This document shows, piece after piece, positions 29,321 to 37,444 of a DNA stretch of 64,000 nucleotides; the stretch's first letter is position 1; each line of letters starts with the position of its first letter. Under the pieces are notes generated by a model. The model ran no database searches. It saw nothing but the letters and a program-made list of their open reading frames with translations, and was not told where the DNA came from. The position numbers were made by a program, and so were the translations under genes. Origin of the DNA: Eledone cirrhosa (taxonomy: Eukaryota); NCBI GenBank assembly GCA_964016885.1, contig OZ024740.1:434372001-434436000 (forward strand), in the 5' to 3' direction.

Positions 29321-32300
29321 TATTTTTTTCTATATCCCTGTTCAATGTATCTTGTTTTATATCCCTGTTTAATATATCTTGTTCTATATCCCTGTTTAAT
29401 ATATCTTGTTCTATATCCCTCTTCAATGTATCTTGTTGTATATCCCTGTTCAATGTATCTTGTTCAATGTATCTTGTTCTATATCCCTGTTTACTACATT
29501 TTGTTCTATATCCCTGTTCAATGTATCTTGTTCTATATCCCTGTTTAATACATTTTGTTCTATATCCCTGTTCAATGTATCTTGTTCTATATCCCTCTTC
29601 AATGTTTCTCGTTCTATATCCCTGTTTAATATATCTTATTCTATATCCCTCTTCAATGTATCTTGTTGTATATCCCTGTTCAATGTATCTTGTTCTATAT
29701 ATCTTGTTCAATGTATCTTGTTCTATATCCCTGTTTAATACATTTTGTTCTATATCCCTGTTTAATACATTTTGTTCTATATCCCTGTTCAATGTATCTT
29801 GTTCTATATCCCTGTTTAATACATTTTGTTCTATATCCCTCTTCAATGTATCTTGTTCTATATCCCTGTTTAATACATTTTGTTCTATATCCCTCTTCAA
29901 TGTATCTTGTTCTATATCCCTGTTCAATATATCTTGTTCTATATCCCTGTTCAATATATCTTGTTCTCTCTCCCTGTTCAATATATCTTGTTCTATATCC
30001 CTGTTCAATGTATGTTGTTCTATATCCCTGTTTAATATATCTTGTTCTATATCCCTGTTTAATACATTTTGTTCTATATCCCTGTTCAATGTATCTTGTT
30101 CTATATCCCTGTTCAATGTATCTTGTTCTATATCCCTGTTCAATATATCTTGTTCTATATCCCTGTTCAATATATCCTGTTCTATATCCCTGTTCAATGT
30201 ATCTTGTTCTATATCCCTGTTTAATATATCTTGTTCTATATCCCTGTTCAATGTATCTTGTTCTATATCCCTGTTCAATGTATCTTGTTCTATATCCCTC
30301 TTCAATGTATCTTGTTCTATATCCCTGTTCAATATATCTTGGTCTATATCCCTGTTCAATGTATCTTGTATTATATCCCTGTTCAATGTATCTTGTTCTA
30401 TATCCCTGTTCAATATATCTTGGTCTATATCCCTGTTCAATGTTTCTTGTATTATATCCCTGTTCAATGTATCTTGTTCTATATCCCTGTTCAATATATC
30501 TTGTTCTATATCCCTGTTCAATATATCTTGTTCTATATCCCTGTTTAATATATCTTGTTCTATATCCCTGTTCAATATATCTTGTTCTATATCCCTGTTT
30601 AATATATCTTGTTCTATATCCCTGTTCAATGTATCTTGTTCTATATCCCTGTTCAATGTATCTTGTTCTATATCCGTGTTCAATGTATCTTGTTCTATAT
30701 CCCTGTTCAATGTATCTTGTTCTATATCCCTGTTCAATATATCTTGTTCTATATCCCTGTTCAATGTATCTTGTTCTATATCCCTGTTCAATGTATCTTG
30801 TTCTATATCCCTGTTCAATATATCTTGTTCTATATCCCTGTTCAATGTATCTTGTATTATATCCCCATTCAATGTATCTTGTTCTATATCCCTGTTCAAT
30901 ATATCTTGTTCTATATCACTGTTTAATATATCTTGTTCTATATCCCTGTTCAATATATCTTGTTCTATATCCCTGTTTAATATATCTTGTTCTATATCCC
31001 TGTTCGATATATCTTGTTCTATATCCCTGTTCAATATATATTGTTCTATATCCCTGTTCAATATATCTTGTTCTATATCCCTGTTTAATATATCTTGTTC
31101 TATATCCCTGTTTAATATATCTTGTTCTATATCCCTGTTCAATATATCTTGTTCTATATCCCTGTTCAATATATATTGTTCTATATCCCTGTTCAATATA
31201 TCTTGTTCTATATCCCTGTTCAATGTATGTTGTTCTATATCCCTGTTCAATGTATCTTGTTCTATATCCCTGTTCAACATATCTTGTTCTATATCCCTGT
31301 TCAATATATCTTGTTCTATATCCCTGTTCAATATATCTTGTTCTATATCCCTGTTCAATATATCTTGTTCTATATCCCTGTTTAATGTATCTTGTTCTAT
31401 ATCCCTGTTCAATATATCTTGTTCTATATCCCTGTTCAATATATCTTGTTCTATATCCCTCTTCAATGTATCTTGTTCTATATCCCTGTTCAATGTATCT
31501 TGTTCTATATCCCTGTTTTATATATCTTGTTCTATATATCTTGTTTAATATATCTTGTTCTATATCCCTGTTCAATGTCTCTTGTTCTATAACCCTGTTC
31601 AATGTATCTTGTTCTATATCCCTGTTCAATGTATGTTGTTCTATATCCCTGTTCAATATATCTTGTTCTATATCCCTCTTCAATGTATCTTGTTCTATAT
31701 CCCTGTTCAATGTATGTTGTTCTATATCCCTGTTCAATGTCTCTTGTTCTATAACCCTGTTCAATGTATGTTGTTCTATATCCCTGTTCAATATATCTTG
31801 TTCTATATCCCTGTTCAATATATCTTGTTCTCTATCCCTCTTCAATGTATCTTGTTCTATATCCCTGTTTAATATATTTTGTTCTCTATCCCTCTTCAAT
31901 GTATCTTGTTCTATATCCCTGTTCAATGTATCTTGTTCTATATCCCTGTTCAATATATATTGTTCTATATCCCTGTTCAATATATCCTGTTCTATATCCC
32001 TGTTCAATGTATGTTGTTCTATATCCCTGTTCAATGTATGTTGTTCTATATCCCTGTTTCATATATCTTGTTCTATATCCCTGTTTAATATATCTTGTTC
32101 TATATCCCTGTTCAATATATCTTGTTCTATATCCCTGTTCAATATATCTTGTTCTATATCCCTGTTCAATATATCTTGTTCTATTTCCCTGTTCAATATA
32201 TCTTGTTCTATATCCCTGTTCAATATATCTTGTTCTCTCTCCCTGTTTAATATATCTTGTTCTATATCCCTGTTCAATGTATCTTGTTCTATATCCCTGT

Positions 32301-33230
32301 TTAATGTATCTTGTTCTATATCCCTGTTCAATATATCTTGTTCTATATCCCTGTTTAATATATCTTGTTCTATATCCCTGTTTAATATATCTTGTTCTAT
32401 ATCCCTGTTCAATGTATCTTGTTCTATATCCCTGTTCAATGTATCTTGTTCTATATCCCTGTTTAATATATATTGTTCTATATCCCTCTTCAATGTATCT
32501 TGTTCTATATCCCTTTTTGATATATCTTGTTCTATATCCCTCTTCAATGTATGTTGTTCTATATCCATGTTCAATATATCTTGTTCTATATCCCTGTTCA
32601 ATGTATCTTGTTCTATATCCCTGTTTAATATATATTGTTCTATATCCCTCTTCAATGTATCTTGTTCTATATCCCTGTTTAATATATATTGTTCTATATC
32701 CCTCTTCAATGTATCTTGTTCTATATCCCTGTTCAATATATCTTGTTCTATATCTCTGTTTAATATATATTGTTCTATATCCCTCTTCAATGTATCTTGT
32801 TCTATATCCCTGTTCAATATATCTTGTTCTATATCCCTGTTTAATATATATTGTTCTATATCCCTCTTCAATGTATCTTGTTCTATATCCCTGTTCAATG
32901 TATCTTGTTCTATATCCCTGTTTAATATATATTGTTCTATATCCCTCTTCAATGTATCTTGTTCTATATCCCTGTTCAATATATCTTGTTCTATATCTCT
33001 GTTTAATATATATTGTTCTATATCCCTCTTCAATGTATCTTGTTCTATATCCCTGTTCAATATATCTTGTTCTATATCCCTGTTTAATATATCTTGTTCT
33101 ATATCTCTGTTTAATATATATTGTTCTATATCCCTGTTCAATGTATCTTGTTCTATATCCCTGTTCAATGTATCTTGTTCTATATCCCTGTTCAATGTAT
33201 CTTGTTCTATATCCAGGTTCAGTGTATCTT
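29318..33230. repeat. Satellite C, 27-bp unit, ~145 copies
   Basis: Consensus TTCAAT(G/A)TATCTTGTTCTATATCCCTG. The 9-aa periodicity of the overlapping ORFs (NRDIEQDIL) reflects the 27-bp unit. Confidence 0.98.
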
Positions 33231-33313
33231 TTCTTTCTTTTTTTAAATACAGTAGAGGATGGTATGAGGTAGTTTTGTATATGTATAAAGTTCTGTTCCC
33301 TTTTCTTTTTCAG

Positions 33314-33404
33314 CTTCTACATCAACCACAATACTAGGAAGACTCAATGGGAATCTCCTCAATGGGAGTCTGCTGATACTACATCACACCAAACAGCTTC
33401 AGAA
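33314..33404 (+). CDS. Internal coding exon (91 nt) of a WW-domain protein gene; encodes the C-terminal half of the WW domain
   Basis: Polypyrimidine tract and acceptor TTCTGTTCCCTTTTCTTTTTCAG (33291-33313); donor GAA|GTAAGT at 33405. One nt plus 30 open codons give FYINHNTRKTQWESPQWESADTTSHQTASE, matching the WW signature (Y/F)(Y/F)x(N/D)HxTxxTxWxxP. The gene itself cannot be identified from this exon. Confidence 0.85.
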
Positions 33405-33666
33405 GTAAGTACCTGATTATTATAAATATTAGGGATATACTATGTATGATGTCAACAATGGGAGTAGTTCTCTAAACTTCTCCCATCCTATCCTAATTTT
33501 CTCAGAGCACAGAGGATGACTTAATCTGCTGGTTAAGTCACCTAGATAGTAGAAGCTATCAACCATTTCTATGGACCCTTCTTCCTGTGACTTGAAGAAG
33601 TTTATATCACTTACCGTTCTTCCCTTTGATTACTCCTGTACATCTGCTATATACAAAAAGAGCACC

Positions 33667-33720
33667 CAGTCCACAATGTAAATGTGGTTGGCGTTAGGAA
33701 GGGCATCCAGCTGTAGAAAC
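33667..33720 (+). mobile_element. Short fragment of the RTE LINE/SINE 3'-UTR module
   Basis: CCACAATGTAAATGTGGTTGGCGTTAGGAAGGGCATCCAGCTGTAGAAAC is near-identical to 61849-61897 and 35430-35480. Confidence 0.75.
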
Positions 33721-33950
33721 AAAAATCTGACTAATACACTCACACATATATCCTTAAATTGAATCTCTGATCCTATAAAATACTCCATTGATGTAATATA
33801 ATTTGATTGTAATCTTTTATAAAATAAAAAAGATATTCTTAGTTTCTTAGATTTGGAATCATTCCAAACCATAACTTGGCTGTTGCTTGCAGAAGATGAT
33901 GAGGTACTAAATACAACTATTAATTTTTCTTAGTTACAATCTAAAAATGT

Positions 33951-34402
33951 GGGGGGAGAGGGGTCATGTAGAAATACATTATTGGAGGCGGGGTCATGAT
34001 GAAATACATCATTGGGGTCATGTAGAAATATAACATAATTGGAGGGGCTGGGTCATGAAGGAATACAATGTTATTGGAAGGTGGGGGCGGGGGTCATAAT
34101 GAAATACAAGGATAGTGGGGGAGGGGGTTATGAATAAATACATTATTGGAAGGTTGGGGGGGGGGGGGTCATGAAGGAATATAACATTATTGGAAGGTGG
34201 GGAGGTTATGAAGGAATACAACATTATTGGAAGGTGGGGGGGTTCATGAAGGAATACAGCATTATTGGAAGGGGGGGGGTCATGAAGGAATATAACATTA
34301 TTGGAAGTTTGGGGGGGGGGGGGTCATGAAGGAATATAACATTATTGGAAGGTGGGTGGGGGTCATGAAGGAATATATTGGAAGATGGGGTCATGTAGAA
34401 AT
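33951..34402. repeat. G-tract minisatellite, ~35-45-bp unit, ~11 degenerate copies
   Basis: Unit G(n)TCATGAAGGAATATAACATTATTGGAAGGT with G-runs of up to ~13 nt. Confidence 0.9.
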
Positions 34403-34783
34403 CCGCCAATAATGGAAGTTATTTGTTGCTGACATATGTAAACAGATTTATGGATTTTTTGCCAATGATTTTGTTATTGTTGTGTATTCTACATCGGCAT
34501 CCAATTCTTCTGGTGATTGCCTATGGCCAGATGTCTTCAAAGAATCATCAATTTTAATATTTTAACTTCCACAGAAATACTTTGTCTATGATTTATTGAG
34601 CTGTTGCTGAAGCTACATTCTTTGGTTTATGTCTACAAACTCTTTCTTCTCAGGAATCTTCACTGTATTTCGTACTGAATGAATGTCTTGTTTAGATTCT
34701 ATCAAACGTATGCAAAGGAATATATATATAAAATTACAAGAAATGTAGTACCATGCAGTGACCGTACTATATATATATATATA

Positions 34784-35240
34784 GTCAGGTCGCTCTCGAG
34801 TGCTACTGGTAACATGTAACCCAGTACTACCTATCTCATGGTTGGATTGTTAGCGACTAAACCGGCAACCCCACCAATATTGCTTGGTGAGGAGGGTGAT
34901 ATTTGACACCTTGTGGGATGAAATACAAGACCCAGCAAAGGTGGCGGAATTCAGCAGAGTCAACGGCCATCCAAATAGTATTTTTTTTTTGTGAGGGCTG
35001 TCGTATTTTCTGTGGCAAACATTTACACCAAAGATAGGTGTCGTCAGTTCCAAAAAAGTGTGGTTGATCCTACACAATCCTGCACCACTTAAAAGTTTGT
35101 GTGGGTAGTTCAACATCAGTTCACTTTCTCACATTTCCGCCGGTCTTTTGCGGGATTGAATGTCACATGAGACACCGCCATCTAGAGAGCTGAACTTTTG
35201 TTGGACACTCATACGTTGAATATCGACGAGAGAGTCCATC
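34784..35240 (+). mobile_element. Putative non-autonomous retroelement (RTE-related SINE-like) inserted in (TA)n
   Basis: ~457-bp GC-richer island flanked on both sides by (TA)n. It ends in a nested stem-loop (TGGAC..CGTTGA-ATA-TCGACG..GTCCA) followed by TC(AT)n, the same end architecture as 62662-62700. Confidence 0.5.
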
Positions 35241-35255
35241 ATATATATATATATA

Positions 35256-35354
35256 TAAGATAGTAATATGGACGTAAGCGTTGAAACATCTATGATCACA
35301 GTTAACAGCTGATGAAGGGTTTCTTCTCTTGTTTATGTCCATATTACTATCTTA
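35256..35354 (+). other. 24-bp inverted repeat enclosing hammerhead-core-like boxes (degenerate Penelope-like remnant?)
   Basis: Arms 35256-35279 and 35331-35354 pair with two G-T wobbles. GAAAC (35283-35287) and CTGATGA (35309-35315) lie inside. Confidence 0.4.
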
Positions 35355-35372
35355 CACTTTGTTTACAATAAC

Positions 35373-35602
35373 CACACAGTCCACGCTGTAATGTGGCCGT
35401 GTAGGTAACACGGTAAAAACCTCCCAGACCCACACTGTAAATGTGGTTGGTGTTAGGAAGGGCATCCAGCCATAGAAAACCTGCCAGACAGTCCTATATG
35501 AGCGAGACACGGTCACCCGACCAAGTTTGCCTCAAGTGGGACAACTCCTGTCTAACCCATGCTAGCGTGGAAGATGGACGTTAAACGAAGATGATGATGA
35601 TG
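35373..35602 (+). mobile_element. 5'-truncated RTE LINE 3' UTR (or related SINE) with (GAT)n tail
   Basis: Homologous to ~61905-62127 and to the reverse complement of part of 36217-36640. Ends GGACGTTAAACGAAGATGATGATGATG. Confidence 0.85.
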
Positions 35603-35603
35603 G

Positions 35604-35604
<1 letters not shown>

Positions 35605-35636
<32 letters not shown>

Positions 35637-35770
35637 TATATCTATATATGTATATGAGTATATATATGTATATGCGTATATATGTATATGCGCCTATATA
35701 TATATGTATATACATATGTATATATATATATGTATATACGTATATATATATATATATATATGTATATATA
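35605..35770. repeat. Compound (TA)n/(TATG)n microsatellite
   Basis: Directly visible. Confidence 0.95.
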
Positions 35771-36065
35771 GTTGTATGGGTGCATGAAAAATGGGTCCGT
35801 AGGCGGTATGCCGGTTGAGCAGTCGATGCTCACGCAGAGCAGACTAAAATACTAAAAGGATAAGGAACAAGGATTCAGTGTTGCATCATAACATATTACA
35901 TATGTTTCACTATCGATCAGCTCAAGGCAAGACCTATTATACATCGAACCTGACTCTGTAATCGAAAGGTCGTGAGGTACGCTTAGTAAACGAGTTTCTC
36001 TCCAATTCTGTGTGTTCAAATCTCTAGCTATTATCTACAACGTCCGTTCATTCGTTCAATTATCC

Positions 36066-36200
36066 CATCATCATCATCATTCTATCCTCGAGGTGGTGGC
36101 GGGGCGGCTGTCTGTACTCTGGTCCAGCTGTCGTTCATGCGTGGGAGGTTGTTGGTCTGCCATTTATTGCTCGATTTAATGTTCATATACCACTAATATC
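36066..36200 (-). mobile_element. Possible degenerate 3' end of another non-LTR element with (GAT)n tail
   Basis: (CAT)5 at 36066-36080 next to a GC-richer segment whose minus strand ends ..RMNDSWTRVQTAAPPPPRG* just before the tail. The resemblance to an RTE C-terminus is weak. Confidence 0.35.
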
Positions 36201-36216
36201 TCCACACACACACACA

Positions 36217-37370
36217 CATCATCATCATCATCAACGTTTAACGTCCGTGTTCCACGCTTGCATGGGTTTGGACGGGGGTTTTCCCACTTGAGGCAAGAGT
36301 GGTTGTCTTGCTCGCATAGGACTGTCTGGCAGGTTTTCTACAGTTGGATGCCCTTCCTAACACCAACCACATTTACAGTGTGGGTCTGGGAGGTTTTTAC
36401 CGTGTTGCCTACACGGCCACATTACAGCATGGGTCTGGGAGGTTTTTAACCGTGTTGCCTACACGGCCACATTACAGCGTGGGTCTGGGAGGTTTTTACC
36501 ATGTTGCCTACACGGCCACATTACAGTGTGGGTCTGGGAGGTTTTTACCGTGTTGCCTACACGGCCACATTACAGTGTGGGTCTGGGAGGTTTTTACCGT
36601 GTTGCCTACACGGCCACATTACAGCGTGGACTGTGTGTCTTTTTTGTCGTGACACCTACACGATCTCATTTGTTTCGGCCTGGATGGTGTGGCACCAACA
36701 TAACTTTACATAGAACGGGGTGGTGTGGATGGGGTGGGGGTGGTGGGACGGGGGTGTATTTTGTTAGAGATGCCTACTGACTGTAGTAGGTTTTACTTTG
36801 TATTTAGGTAAGGCGGGTCTTCTCTGTTACTGAGTACCGCCAAAGGTCTCGGTCCAGTGACATTGTCTTGGTGAGGTGTAAGTGTGTGAGGTCGGAGTTT
36901 ATCAACTCGTCCCAGGTTTTTCTAGGTCTGCCTATTCCGTGGCTACCGTCTATCTTTATTGCCCTGCACTTTGTTATACAGTTATCGTCCTTCATGCGCA
37001 TCACGTGACCATACCAACGTAGCCTGCTCTCTAGTAAACAGCATCTGATCCCTCTTATTTCTAATTTTTTCCTTAGTTCGTTTATGCTTTGTCGTTCACG
37101 TATATTACTATTACACATCCAGCGGAGCATGCAAGCTTCGTTTCTCTCTAGTCTGCGTATATCCTCTGCACACAATGCCCAGGTCTCACTGCCATGCAAC
37201 ATTGCTGTTCGTATGCAGGCATCGTACAACCTGCCTTTCATTTTTAGGGAGAACCCTTTAGCGGCTAATAGTGGTATAAGCTCTCTGAACTTTTTCCACC
37301 CAGTTCTGACTCTAGCTACTGTACTTTCAGAGCACCCTCCCCCACTGCTGATTTTGTCACCCAGGTAACG
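36217..37370 (-). mobile_element. 5'-truncated RTE-clade LINE (RT C-terminal part 37370-36804, 3' UTR, (GAT)n tail)
   Basis: Translation RYLGDKISSGGG..RVRTGWKKF..LHGSETW..RLRWYGHVMRM..GRPRKTW..DRDLWR carries the canonical RTE motifs. Tail (CAT)n at 36217-36233. Homology to the + copy stops abruptly at 37370. Confidence 0.95.
36372..36630. repeat. 49-bp tandem repeat (~5 copies) inside the RTE 3' UTR
   Basis: ATTACAGTGTGGGTCTGGGAGGTTTTTACCGTGTTGCCTACACGGCCAC restarts at ~36372, 36421, 36471, 36520 and 36569, with a partial copy at 36618. Confidence 0.93.
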
Positions 37371-37444
37371 ATATATATATAGGACTCTCCTACACGATAT
37401 ATATATAGACTCTCCTACACGATATATATATAGGACTCTCCTAC
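37368..37444. repeat. Junction repeat, 3 x 25-26 bp, between the LINE truncation point and satellite D
   Basis: ACGATATATATATA(G)GACTCTCCTAC at 37368, 37394 and 37419. Confidence 0.9.

Noticed and set aside
29235-33337. Long ORFs (372-1224 aa; NRDIEQDIL, SCSISLFN repeats)
   Set aside because: A 27-bp unit open in several frames on both strands, with frames swapping at indels. This is satellite read-through.
33851-33903. Possible second exon (TTTCTTAG|..LESFQTITWLLLAEDDE|GTACTA)
   Set aside because: Weak splice signals, phase incompatible with direct joining to the WW exon, and no recognisable motif. It would need RNA-seq support.
34788-34900. HDV-like or twister ribozyme (GGTCGCT/AGCGACT helix with G-U start; TAA..GAGGAGGG)
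   Set aside because: No HDV P3/L3 or P1.1 elements and no twister L4 (GUCCCAAGC-like) could be placed.
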